A DNA stretch of 64,000 nucleotides from the NCBI RefSeq assembly GCF_964204645.1, contig NC_134028.1, positions 15,817,653-15,881,652 of the forward strand, in the 5' to 3' direction. The notes under the pieces are model-generated. The model was given only the letters and a program-made list of their open reading frames with translations. It ran no database searches and was not told the origin of the DNA. This DNA is from Tubulanus polymorphus (Eukaryota > Animalia > Nemertea). This document shows, one piece after another, positions 38,400 through 50,983 of the stretch (positions are counted from its first letter, which is position 1; every line of letters begins with the position of its first letter). Made by a program: the position numbers and the translations under genes.

Positions 38400-39110
38400 A
38401 ATTGCGCATACGCGTGAAGTCAGCATTAGCCGCAGCTTTACTTTTTAGCTCTTCTGGAGAGTGGTCCATGTACACTTGTACATACAGATCGCTTCTATAA
38501 GTCTTAAAATAGTGAGAACAAAAAGTAATATTGTTCTAACAATGTGAGCCACTGCCTTCCAGGGCTAGATTACAACAGAATCCAACAATAAAATTATCCG
38601 ATTTGTTGATTCCAGTAAAAAACTTGATGAATCTTTTATAAAGTATTAACTCAATAGGTTGATCATCGATAATTAAGTACAGCAGATTGGTATGTGTGCG
38701 GTAGGGTAAGTTTAGAACTTTCCTTAAGGCTTTCCTCCAAGCTGTGAACATTTTTCTTGGATTGGTTTTTAGTAAAATCCCACAGAGTACATCCATACAA
38801 ACATGAGCAAAAATACTATAACAATCTAAATCGAACAAAAGGGTCAACATATCTAAATAGAGACGTAAGTGAATTGACTCCTCTATTAAAATCTAGAACA
38901 CAGTTATGTATGCGAAGTGCGTCAGGGACTAATTATTTTACCAAGATGTTTGCTTGAGGTGGACTCCTTTATGACTATGCCCTGGAAACAAACTCTGCTC
39001 AATAACTGAATGGTACAGGAATAAAATAAAAAGATAGTCTTGGTAACATTAAACAAAATGTCAATCTCCAAAGAGAATTGAATACAAATGTCCATCTGTA
39101 TATAAAGTGA
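38400..39110 (-). pseudogene. LINE ORF2 C-terminal fragment
   Basis: KHLG..., FTAWRKALRKVLNLPYRTHTNLL...ILYKRFIKF, typical of the post-RT region of APE-type LINEs. Frameshifted. Confidence 0.7.
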
Positions 39111-39900
39111 ATATTTGCTGGGTGTAAATAACATATCCGCGTACCCGAGGGCTCCGCAGAGGAAATTCCCAAGGAAACATCCAACACCTGAGTTTTTGGC
39201 GAACCGTAGGTTTGCCTATGCAAACGGTCTGGTGAAGCAGTTTTCATTGAAAATGAATAGAGTACTGGTGTGTCAACAAGACACAAACATTGGCTGTTAA
39301 ACCAATAGTGTTGATTTTTGGTGTCATGGTTTGGCTTAATGAGTTTTCTTGCTTCTATTTATCTGAGTTGACCTTGTTACCTGAGCTACATTGAATGTGA
39401 CTGGCTGTTTGTTGGATATACGGGAAATTCCCGGATCTTCTGATGTAATTGGGAAAGCCCATTGAGAAAACCCAATGTGGAACCCAAAACGAAATGGCGA
39501 GCATTTCATTCGGCTAGGTATCGTACGTTCGCTTAAAATTGTTCGGTGTTACGAATATGACCGAGTAGGCTATTTGATTCAGTATCCAAACTAGCAAGTA
39601 TGGCAGTACCAATGGAGTTTTGAAACCAAACTTGAAAACAGGTAGTGAAAACCTTTATTTCTGATACCAGAGTTAGCAATTCACTTTCTAGTTCTGAAAT
39701 CACTGGCATGTTTCATAGAATGAATTCAAGTTCATTAGTCATATTGGCTCAATACTGATGTATCATTAATAACATGCTTTCCACTGGTTGATATCATTTG
39801 ACCATTTGTATTTCAGTGTTTCTATTAAATCGAGATCAACTATGCCTTCCAATTTTAAGCCGTCTGAATGATTCACCATTAGCATTTGAATTTTTTACAG

Positions 39901-40005
39901 AGTGAATGGTGTTTATTGTGCTGCATTATACCTCAAACTCAAAGAATGCGATGTTTTGACCTTCTTGTACAACAGGGTCTTGACCTTTTAGTAGCAGAGG
40001 GCGAC
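39901..40005 (+). CDS. EXOC7: Exo70 internal coding exon
   Basis: TTTTTTACAG acceptor, GAC|GTAAGT donor, 105 nt, phase 0 to 0. SEWCLLCCIIPQTQRMRCFDLLVQQGLDLLVAEGD, compared with vertebrate SEYQLLADIIPEHHQKKTFDSLIQDALDGLMLEGE. Confidence 0.92.
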
Positions 40006-41137
40006 GTAAGTTGTTTTCGGTTTACCATTGCAGCTCATTGGCACTAGCCAGGCAGCTTGCCAACTATGTATTAAGTTAGCCAACAAAACTGAGCTGAGAG
40101 CACCTTCTCGTGTCTTATGCTTGAAAGGAGAACTGATACCTTAATTCTCTTATCAAAAACTAACAGTTACTACAGAATTTAGCCATGTCTTTGAGCTTTG
40201 TTTTGTGAATAGAACATATGGCTTGCTAAACGTTTGTCATTTTTCATTGAAATCTGTACTGGTGTTACTTAGAGAAGGGATCTTAAAGAAATCAGATCGA
40301 TTTTTTATCAGTCAATTGTCACGCAATTGACTGTAATCTTAGTATCATAAAGTATCAATTGTTACCACTCTCAAAAGATTCATCTCACATAGAATTGGGG
40401 TTACCCAGTTTATGGTTTACCTTCTTTGCTCTGTTTTGGGCGGCGAAATTCTTAGCTTTGGCATATGAAATCGCAATGACCTTGGTTGGGGTCGTCTAGT
40501 GGCAGCATGTAGATGCTCATATCATAAAACCTGACTTGTATTTTATATTATTCAAAGGACAATAAAGATATATTGAATTGACTTGAAAATTATTGATGCA
40601 TGTGTTATGAACATGCGTTTTTTAACTGATGTTTGAATGAAATAGGTTTTTGAATAGAATGATCTTTAACATGAATTTTCAAGTTATAATCGGTTTAATT
40701 GATTGAACCAGTATAACTCTCATTTGATTTTCAATAGGGAATTGTCCTAGCTCACCAAATACCATTGCACTTGGTGTGGTGCAGTTCAGCTACATGAGAT
40801 CCAAATGGTAGCTTGGCCAACACAACACGGCACAGTTACATTGTTCAAGAAACAATCCTGATACAACTTTAGAATAATTGAATGTGATAATTACAATGCT
40901 GATTAAAACCGGCTATTTGGAAGCAGAAAAAAAGCTGATGTAGCTGATTTGTTCGCTTGTTAGGTTTCAATGTATGTCAACAAGAGGATATGAAGGCCAA
41001 TATTTCAACTTATAGGGGATATATTGTTAATCTGTGAAAGGTCAATATTTCGACATGGCGGGTACAAATAGTTAGCATGTTTAAAAGGTTAATTTTGGCT
41101 TAGTATTAACTATATGTTGATATTATTTTACTTCCAG

Positions 41138-41257
41138 CAAATTGCCACAACTGCTAAGAAGTCTATCTCTAAACATGATTATTCAAGTTTAGTGTCAATT
41201 TTTCCAGTCATCAAACACCTTCGAATAGTGCGGCCAGAATATGATAATACTCTTCAG
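41138..41257 (+). CDS. EXOC7: Exo70 internal coding exon
   Basis: TTTTACTTCCAG acceptor, CAG|GTAATG donor, 120 nt, phase 0 to 0. QIATTAKKSISKHDYSSLVSIFPVIKHLRIVRPEYDNTLQ, compared with vertebrate NIVSAARKAIVRHDFSTVLTVFPILRHLKQTKPEFDQVLQ. Confidence 0.93.
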
Positions 41258-41280
41258 GTAATGCCATTTGCGTTTTCCAT

Positions 41281-42348
41281 TTTTAGCCCACTTTGGACTT
41301 TAGTCCCAGCGGGCTATTGCGTTCACTTTTCGTCCGTCGTCCGTCCGTTAGTCGTAGCGACCGTCCGTCCGTAGACGGAATCCAGTTATTTTTTGGAAGT
41401 TTTGAAGACGCTTCAAGGTAATGTCTTGATATTTGGTTTATACATGTATCTACCCTAGACACATCTTCAGCCCAAAAACTGGCCCTGTCAGAATCAAGAT
41501 GGCCGACTGGCAGCCATTGTTGTTCGCCAAAATCAGCACTTTTTACACATTTTCGAAGTTTACAAGGGAAATTTTGAAGACGCTTTGATCAATTACCTTG
41601 ATCTTTCGATAATATTTGAATCTACCAAGAGCCCATCAGCATAAGAAAAATTGACTCAAGATGGCCGTCCTAGGACCTTTTTAGTGCCCAAAAATGTCAA
41701 TTTTGGCCAGAATTCTAGGTCCTGTAGCTTCCTACTGGTTTGCCATTTCTCATTGCAATTTGTGATGGGTATTCTTTGTAAAGGGATGTTTTATACCCGA
41801 GAGAGGTATTTTTAATCCGCCAAATATGATGCAATTGGCGACCATCTTGGTGTCATTAGTACTCATTCGTAGGTGGGAAAAAGTTTTTCGACATTATATT
41901 GATACCTAAGCATATTTTGTTACAACAATGAATTAGAAAGTTGTAGTGTATAACGTGTCCTATGATTGGGGTGAGTTTCAAGTTCATTGTTTTTTGTATA
42001 TGGCCACCAGGGGGCGTTGAATAATACAATATCTTAGTATTTCTATATTATATTTGTACCAATACATATTTTGTTACCGCAATCAATTGCAAAGTTGTAG
42101 CTCATGACATCATCTATGATTGTGGTGAGTTTTAAGGAAATTAGTTATTCTATATGGTCACCAGGGGGCGTTGAATAGTAGAATAATGGTATTTCCTTAT
42201 TATATTGGTACCTAGGCATATTTTGTTACCGTACCATGATCAATTGCAAAGTTGTAGTTCATGACATGTTCTATGAATATGGTGAGTTACAAGGTTATTG
42301 GGTTTTGAATATGGTCACCAGGGGGCGTTGAATAGTAGAATAACTTAG
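41281..42348 (+). mobile_element. HINE family B element, 3'-interrupted
   Basis: TTTTAGCCCACTTTGGACTTTAGTCCCAGCGGGCTATTGCG and a (GTCC)n tract. Units with TGG(C/T)CACCAGGGGGCG at 42001, 42155 and 42312. Confidence 0.85.
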
Positions 42349-43765
42349 TTTTAAGGCCAGCCGTAGGCTGAGCCTATTACTATACAAATGGAGCGAATTT
42401 AAATGACATGGTTTCCACACAAAAGGCTCTTTTGCTTGCCAAGTGAGGGCATATTCGAACAAATCACGTATTTAAGCGTAATCCATTCTCGGAATCGTAG
42501 CGAGCAGAATTTTGAAATAGGCTTTCATAAAAATGTTTTCTGCATTTTTCACGAAAATAAAATCGGGAAAATTTCAATTTTTATCAGCCAATCAGGAAGT
42601 TGTGTCTTCCCTGTGATTGGTTTATCTAAAAATATCAGCAGCTGTTCACGTGAATTATCGTGATTTCATTACTGGCGCTTTTGCGCATGACGTCATGTAT
42701 CAACACGCGACAATACTTCCGCGTTTGCTGATTGGCCCATTTACTGGGAAATTCCACAGAAGCCTAATGTGGTTTGTTACAAGCGCTGTGATTGGCCCGA
42801 CCCGATTCTGGCACGGCTTTAGCTTAGTGGGTTCGAATCCCTTGACGGGAGAAGACAATGGATCCTATCGATGCTATCAACAAATAAGTTTCCCGGTTGG
42901 GCAGCTGCGGATATCTACCGAAAGTGTTGCGGTTCGATATTTCGAGGTTTCTTTGAATTTTGGAGTGATATTTAAATCCGGTAAACACCGGCGGTAGATT
43001 GTGAAAACCCATTGCTTGATATTTGAACTACTTAATCAACGAAAAGCGTCGGGGCCGCGCCAGGAGTTTTCGCGATTCAAGTAGCTCAATAGCCTACTTC
43101 TTCGTGTTCGTCCACCTCCGCAATTTTCACTCCGCCGATCTCTGACACGGCTCTGTCGCCGTCGGCGCTGTGATTGCACTATTCGTACCACCAAAATTTT
43201 TTATTTCTATATCAGGGAGGTCTGGAGAATAAAAAAGTCAAAATTTGGATATCACATAGGCCTGATTTCATCGAATAAGTCGACCATGGTCGTTACGTTT
43301 CCGTACTTATTACCACCTAAAACCGTCTGAACAATTTTGTCACAACCAACATTTCGTTTACAGAAATCAGGTGTTCACGTGAACCCGCGGTGTCGTCTAT
43401 TGTTTTACTTCCGGGTTTTATTTTAACATTTAAAATCGTATTTCAAGATCGATTTCTATGAAATCTTTAGTTGATTTGGTGTTTGGGAGGAATTTTTATT
43501 TGCTCTACAGAAAATTCATCCTTGACAATTGCGCAAGGTTCGCAAAAAATTTCTTTTCCCAAATCGAGTGTATGAACTTGATATGCTAATTAGCCATGTG
43601 CTCGAATTGCAAATTCAATCAAATTTTATTCTGCCAAAAAAAATGTTAAATCCAATTTGCTTTCCGAGAGTTAATGGTATGCTGCATGGAACAAAGTTGT
43701 TTTGAGATGGGTCTTGAAGCTATTGAGTCGAGAGATAACCATCTAGATAGTTCGTGAGAGTTCCA
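42349..43765. mobile_element. Unclassified CpG-rich insertion with promoter-like motif cluster; partial copy at 60274-60444
   Basis: Lies between two family B copies. 42659-42818 aligns with 60275-60443. Contains CCAAT/ATTGG boxes, TGACGTCA and ACTTCCGG. Confidence 0.55.
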
Positions 43766-44784
43766 AAGTTTTGAAGACGCTTCAAGGTAATGTCTTGATA
43801 TTTGGTTTATACGTGTATCTACCCTAGACACATCTTCAGGCCAAAAACTGGCCCTGTCAGATTCAAGATGGCCGACTGGCAGCCATTGTTTTTCGCCAAA
43901 ATCAGCACTTTTTACACATTTTTGAAGTTTTCGAGGGAAATTTTGAAGACACTTTTATCAATAACCTTGATCATTCGTATATATTTGTATCCCCCAAGGG
44001 CCCATCCGCATGAGAAAAATTGGGTCGATCGGACTCAAGACGGCCGTCCTGTGACCTTTTTTGTTCCCAAAAATGTTAATTTTGGCCTGAATTCTGAGTC
44101 CTGTAGCTTTCTAATGGTGTGCCATTTTTCATTGCAATTTGTAATGGGTATTCTTTGGAAAAGGATCTTTTATATCCGAGAGGGTATTTTTGACCAGGCA
44201 ATTATGACGCAATTGGCGGCCATCTTGGGGTCATCAGTACTCATTCATAGGTGGAAAAAAAGTTTTGCCACATCATTTTGATACTTAAGCATATTTTGCT
44301 ACCACAATCAATTGGAAAGTTGTAGCTCATGACATGGTCTATGATCTTGGTGAGTTTCAAGCTCATTGGTTTTTGTATATGGCCACCAGGGGCGTTGTAC
44401 AATACAATAACTTAGTATTTCTATATTACATTCGCTCCTGCTGTCTGTGTTAACACACGATTGTACTATGTAAATGACATTGAGCAGGGAGTGTATATTG
44501 ATAAATATAACCCACAGATTACATCATTTATAAAAAGCAAATCTGACAGGCTGGCCATTGTGCCCCTTGGGGCTCTTGTTCCATATTAAATTGGTAACGA
44601 AGCATTTTTTGTTATCACAATCAATTACAAAATTGTAGCTGCTGACATGTTTTATGATTGTATTGAGTTTCAAGGTCATTGGTTTTTTATATGGTCACCA
44701 GAGGGCGTTGAATATTGAAATTGTTAGATTTTTGAGCATTTGAAACCACTTCCCAAGTGGGCATGGTGTCCGTGGACCCCTAGT
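43766..44784 (+). mobile_element. HINE family B element, 5'-truncated, with a foreign HINE 3' end at ~44440-44580
   Basis: Colinear with 41397 onward. Ends CAAGTGGGCATGGTGTCCGTGGACCCCTAG-TT. Internal hairpin GCCCCTTGGGGC-TCTTGTT. Confidence 0.82.
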
Positions 44785-44786
44785 TT

Positions 44787-46447
44787 ATGTGAGCATTTGT
44801 TTCATTGGTTCTCGGCTTAAACGACGTATAATCGATGCGATTGAAGACATGGCGAACATCCGTCGATGACATGGTCAACTGAGTTAAAATTCTACGAAAA
44901 ACTGTTTTTGGCGGGAAAATTCTTAGCTCTCGCGTATAAAATTGCAATGACCTCGATTGGGGGGTGTCTTCTCTATGAGCGAATGGGATTGGCTGTTTTT
45001 TGGGATATACGGTGAATTCCGGCGCTACTAAAATAATTATGGGAAAGCCATAGAATGGCTTACGTCTCATAGGACTAGGTGCCGTATATGTGCGAATTTC
45101 AAATCCTCATTGCTGGTGAGGATGTAATTATTTCACACATCCGCCATAGGTATTGTTTCATTTTAATACCCGGTGATTGTTTTGATTGACATTGAAGTGT
45201 AAGCGAACATTTTACTTACACGAGGCCTCCACGTGCGGGCGGAGCTGAGTGCTACACAACACACGCACAAGCTCGTTCAGTATACTACTAAAGGTGATGC
45301 TGTAACGCGTGCACGTTTGACATGAAAATAGGCTAAATAATCGTAGCAGAAGATGAGCGCTGTGTTTTCTGTTTGATAGAATTTGTAATAAATTGTAATG
45401 TCTTGTTACCTGAAAATATTAAGCAGCAAACTACAAGTATAGGTCGGTCTGAATATTGTATTCGTAAATTCCAGGATTTAAAACGATCTAATAGCCCATT
45501 TCTTTGGTACCGGTATTTTAACTTCCGCAGCCAACATTGGAAGAGGTTTCCCAGAACCATTATTTGGCCACCCTCTGATATGTGACATTATATGAATTTT
45601 AGGCCATCCCATATTAATGGTCTGTTTGCCGTGACCCGACTTCAAAGGTACGGAGTGAAAAATTTTTTTCTGGGATTCATTGAAATAAATTTTATTTTTG
45701 ATAAAAAGGGCCGACTGACTGACCCACTGCCGACGTATGAGCTACGCATGTTTGATTTCAAGTGTGCATCGTGTGAAAACATGCCTTGACATATGGCCTA
45801 ATTTAAGTTTTCCAGGAAACTGGCAGTGTTCCAATAAGCTGCCATTCATTCTCATAGTGAGTATATTAAAGCTGGTAACGTAAAAGCACGCACATATTCA
45901 ATGTACTGTTTAATTTTTAACACAGCGATGACGCTCTGGACGAAGTTATAATTTTAGAATAACTCTCGAAATCTACACTATTAGACAAATTTCCCGTGCA
46001 CAATGAGATGGTTTTTGCGATATTGTTTCCATGTAAAAAAGGTGATAAATTTGTTTGTTTTTTTGCCCAAAAATTTTGCAAAAAAATTTCTACCTACCTA
46101 CCGACTCATCCTGAAAAGATGAGTCAGTGTTACGGCAAACAGACAATCATTTTGGGATGGCCTTATTTGAATATTTTTTTATTGTGAAACAAATTTTTTT
46201 TGAGAATATAAAATAGTTTCCCTGCCGCGCCTACCTCTACCCTACAAACTTTTGGACGTGGACTGTTACCAAATGTATATTTTTGGTCTTTTTTGACTAC
46301 AAAATAGTTCTTTAAGAAAGATAAAATACAATATAAACTTTTGGAACTTTGAGGTCACGAATTAGAATGATTTTTCAAGCAATGCCCTTATTCCAAACAA
46401 CCTCTAGCTTTCGAGGTAAACCACACTTTGCCCATGGGCAATTTATT
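44787..46447 (+). mobile_element. Longest family A copy, interrupted by a MITE
   Basis: Colinear with 764-1566 and 17348-18067. Sub-segments recur at about 39400-39530 and 40430-40500. 5' boundary approximate. Confidence 0.75.
45602..46162. mobile_element. 561-bp MITE with GGCC termini and TTA TSD (Zator- or PIF/Harbinger-type)
   Basis: TIRs GGCCATCCCATATTAATGGTCTGTTTGCCGTGAC and GTTACGGCAAACAGACAATCATTTTGGGATGGCC. TTA at 45599-45601 and 46163-46165. The empty site GAATTTTATTTGAAT is seen in the copy at ~17778. Confidence 0.9.
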
Positions 46448-49400
46448 CACATGACCTATTATATCTTGTTTAAATTGGTCAGACATTCTAAGCTTAATAG
46501 ATTGCTTGAAAAATTCACTACCTAAGTTGTTTTTATCTTGATTAATAAATAAATAATTAAAGCCTAATCTGCCTAACCAGCTTTCAACTGCTACTATCCA
46601 ATGTGCACTGTAGATTCCCTGCAAGTGAAGAGAGTACAAGAGTTTATACAAAATAGTAGAAATTAAATTCAATCTTTTTCCCTTAGAAATCAACGAAAAC
46701 ATAGCCCTTTGTGCTTGCGATGTTAACTTCTCTTAACATATCGAGAATTTTCCATTATAGATCATTGTTATGCCTAGATAATGATTGTCTCTGACAACTT
46801 CGATAATATCAGTGCCAAATATAAATTCTGGATGTCTTCTAATTAAATCTCTCGAAAATATTATTGTTTTCGTCTTGGCGACATTAACTTGTAATTTGAT
46901 CTCTTGGCAATAGGAATATAAAGAGTTAATTGCATTCCGTAAATCAACAGTGGTATCAGCTAAAATAGTCGTATCATCTGCATAGAGCAGTGTAAATACT
47001 TTAAGATAATGTTCAATACTTTCAGCATCAAATTGTGATTTGAAGTCTTTTTCAATTGATTGTAGACCAGGATATGCTGTGGACAGATGATGTTTAAAAT
47101 CGTTCAAGAATATCGAAAATAATAACGGCGTCAGGTTTTCTCCTTGCCGTATTCCCATATTGCATGAGAAAATCTGGGACTTCTCTCCATCAACCATTAC
47201 ACACGATTTGGCATTATTGTACATGTTATGATGACTTTGAATATGTTACCCAATATGCTGCGATCTAATAATTTACTCCATAAGACAGATTGGTTTACAA
47301 GATCGCTTTATGATAATCTACGAAAAGACAAAATAGCTGATGTCTTCTCTATTTATGAAGCTCTATCAGTGCATGGAGGCTAAAAATATGGTCTGTCAAA
47401 TAATTTGATCGAAACCCAGCCTGTTCTTGACCGAGTAGACTATTTATTTTCGGAAAATTACATAGTCTGTTATTTAGACAAGCGGTAAATAGTTTCCCTA
47501 AGCAACTAAGTATCGTTATGCCCCTGTAATTATCGGTACAGTTGACACCTCCTTTACCTTTATACTGAGGTTTAATTACACTGATACACCATTTCTCCGG
47601 TACTATACCAGTCTGCAAGATTAAATTGAATAGATTAGTATATACTTCAGTTAGTTGCTGAGAGGAACATTTCAGAAATTCATTGATTACAAGGTTTGCA
47701 TTGCATGCCTTATTATTTTTAAGACATTTTATAGCCGGATTAATTTCATCAAATCTGAAGAAAGTTTTCAAGCAAGTATTATCAATAGGACATGGACCTT
47801 CGGGAGGAACTAATTCAGTATCGACATCATCGCGGATACTCAATTTTTTTGGAATGATCAGTAAAGACGTTTAGTTGAATATTACCCAACGTGGAAGTCT
47901 TATCGCCTTTTATAATATTCCAATATTCTTTTGCATTATGATTTTGAGATAACGAATTTGTTTTGCCATGTTAAGTCTATAAATGGCACATTGCTTATTG
48001 AGCTCACGTTTATAATTTTTACTCGCTTGTTTTAGCAATATTTTTGACCCATCGGAAGAATGGCATTGATTATTCTTTTTTTCTCTCATGAATGCTTTTT
48101 TTTAGCTCACAGTTGTTATTATACCACTCCTGTTTTTTTGACAAATGCAAAGCTCGATTCACTTTATCATTAGTGAAGGCAGGTTTGATCATACCTGTAG
48201 CTCTTGCACTCTCTACAAGAATATCGGCAGTTCTATCAGTAAGATCGTTTACTGAAAAATCCGGCAATTTATGGCTATTTTGTAAAGCCACTTTGAAGTA
48301 GACCATGGCCTTTTATCAGATTTATCAATTTGTGACCATAATATTGTAGGATACATCCATACTTGCTCTCCTGGGATTAAGATCAAACTTCCTTTCATCA
48401 AACGGTAAGCTGTTTTCAAAACTATAGTTACTTGTACTAGGTATGTGCTTGTCCATGTTGACAATTTCATTAAGGGAACAAGTCCTACTAATGAAATCAC
48501 CCAATAAGAAAATCTTATGGTTATCACCTTGTTTAGCTATTTTGGTAGATAATAATTTGAAAACAGATTTGTCAGTGTTATCAGAATTTTCTGGCTCAAT
48601 ATAACGATTGATCAGAACGATTTTCTCCTAAAGAGAGCAGGTTTGATATGAAAAAACTGAGCATTAGGGTATGCACTTTCTTTTTCTTGATATAATTGAC
48701 AATATCTTTTGATATATAAGTGCCTAAACCATCAGATCGATTATCTATATCTCTACACTTAGCAAAAAATTTGTACCCCTCTAATTCAACTGATAATATG
48801 TCTGTATCAGCTAGTTAAGTCTCTTGTAAACATATAATAGAATGATGTCTTACCATTTCAAGAAGATCTGGTGATCGTTATCTTGTTCTTAGACGGCATT
48901 GATTTTAATTTCTGTGTCGTCTGGTAGCTTTACTCCTTTGATATTGTTGTTTTCGCGTATTTTAATTGCTAATGGTTCCGCTGCAATTATGTAGAGTATT
49001 GCACTCATGGGGCACTCCTGTCTTACGCCTCTTTCTATACATTCAAACTAGATATTTTAACTGGCTTATGATATTAACCCCGTCAATCTTTGCCACCAAC
49101 CGTATCCATCTCAGACTCCTCGGTATTCTTATCTACACCAGCATTTTCGGTTGAATCTTTGTGCAACCGTTTTACACGTCCATCATCACCGACCGGTTTT
49201 ACTTGAGTTTAACCATCATTTGCACCATCGCAACTTACGCCCGACTTATCACTCTCAGCGAATTTTGTACCAGGTCCACAATTCTGCCACTACCCGTGAC
49301 TTAAACTTTATCCCCGCCTGGGATCATCTTTAGGACTCTCCGAAACCCCTCTCAGTGTGCGGCTTGCATGATCTAATCCTTATATCCTTGAATTCTAAAC

Positions 49401-50000
49401 TATTGTCAAGATCATGTTTTTTCCTTTACAACATTGATTTTAACATTCTTTGAAACAAATGCTAACTTGACTAATGGCGGTAACTCTCACTGGAAGACGT
49501 TTGCAAGCCGAAATAATATCGCCACTAAATCCGATTTGGCCAACAATCTCTGTAAATAATGCCTTTAAATGTTCGTCTTCGTCAGGGCGGTTGACGGGTT
49601 AGTTTGAAATTATCAAACACCGGTCTGGGTCGTCTAACAGATCAACGATTATATTCGCAGCTACTTTCAATTCGTGTTGATATCTAAGCATTAAGTCACG
49701 AGCCATGAAATGGACTTTTTTGCCTTATTTAACTCGGACCTTAATTCCGCATTCTTTTCAACTTGGTCCTTTAATGAGGTATCCATGCGATCAATTTTAC
49801 TGGCATTGCTAGACACAGATTTATTTACAGAAGTTTTCAGATTTGACACGCTATTATGCTGAACAGACAATTTGCTCTCAATACCCTTGATTGCGGTATC
49901 ATGACCGGTGACCGTTGATTTTAACGTATCCAGGCGCAATTTGATGTCGCCATTGCTTACCTGTATATTGGAAAGCTGACTTGTATCTCACATACAGATT
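46448..50000 (-). mobile_element. Long degenerate LINE (ORF1 coiled coil, APE endonuclease, RT), 3'-truncated; clade not assigned
   Basis: ORF1 coiled coil 49691-49939. Endonuclease motifs IICLQET and GDF near 48830 and 48500. RT NYRGITILSCLGKLFT, QAGFR, GIRQGENLTPLLFSIFLND, LLYADDT, YLGI (46733-47843). Many stops and frameshifts. Confidence 0.9.
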
Positions 50001-50663
50001 TTCTCAAAACAATCGCAAAATCTACAGCTCTCGAATCATGACCTTCCACCATCCTTATACTGTTGGAATCACCGAATTTTCCTCTATCACTTCAGCACGG
50101 TCAAAATACTTTAATCCAGCACCTTACTTTTGAATTTTTGATGGGTTTCGTCGTCAGACCAACCCATCTATGGCAACCTAAGATCTTCCATCGTGGTTAC
50201 CTAGCCCCTAACAGCATGTCATGTGACCTGACGTGACTCATCAATCACTATATAACATAATTGAAAGGAAGTCTACTGTTTATTATACACCTTGAATACA
50301 TTTTCAATTTTAATAAGTGTTTGCTCACCTCGAACTAGGATTCCTTTATGCTTTTTGTCATTTTCAGTAGTTTCTTGTTTCGTTCCTCTCGATGGCATAT
50401 CCTTCTCTGTTGTATCCTTTCCATAAACTTCCTGGAATGACTTGTAATGCTGGTTTTGTTATCTAAGACTGGATCTGGTAGGAATGCAAGAGTTTGGTAT
50501 CTATCTGCTGACATACGTGGAGGGAAGAGTGAGCAATAACTGCACTGAAGTGTATCATCATCTAAACACTTCCTAACCTATAGAAATACAATCCATAATA
50601 TCAGTTCATATAATCTGGTTAAGTATTGGTCTAAAATAAATAATGCAGTATTTATCGATATAT

Positions 50664-50950
50664 AACAAGGGATCCAGCAGGGATACCACACCCACTTGGA
50701 AAGTTGTTCAAAATGCTCAACAGAAAATTTCAATATTCAACGCCCCTGGTGAACATAGTAAGAAAGCGATGACCTTAAAACTCACCACAATTATAGAACA
50801 TGTCATAAGCTACAATTTTGGAACTCATTGTGGTTACAAAATATGCATTGGTACCAATACAAGATTAAAATAGTAAGTTATTCGCCTATTCATCACCCCC
50901 TGGTGACCATTAACCAGTGACATTGAAACTCGAACACAATCATACAGCTC
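50664..50950 (-). repeat. HINE family B 3' portion in reverse orientation
   Basis: CCCACTTGGAAAG...AACGCCCCTGGTGA...ATGACCTTAAAACTCACCACAAT is the reverse complement of the unit and terminus. Confidence 0.75.
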
Positions 50951-50983
50951 ATGAAGGGATTTTGGCTAGCACCCCTAACTTAC

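Noticed and set aside
42820-42850. GGTTCGAATCC B-boxes here and at ~30968 and ~56198 as tRNA genes
   Set aside because: No cloverleaf stems or properly spaced A-box could be built.
43802-44281. 159-aa ORF
   Set aside because: Lies in non-coding HINE family B; sister copies at 19000-19500 and 41430-41900 are interrupted.
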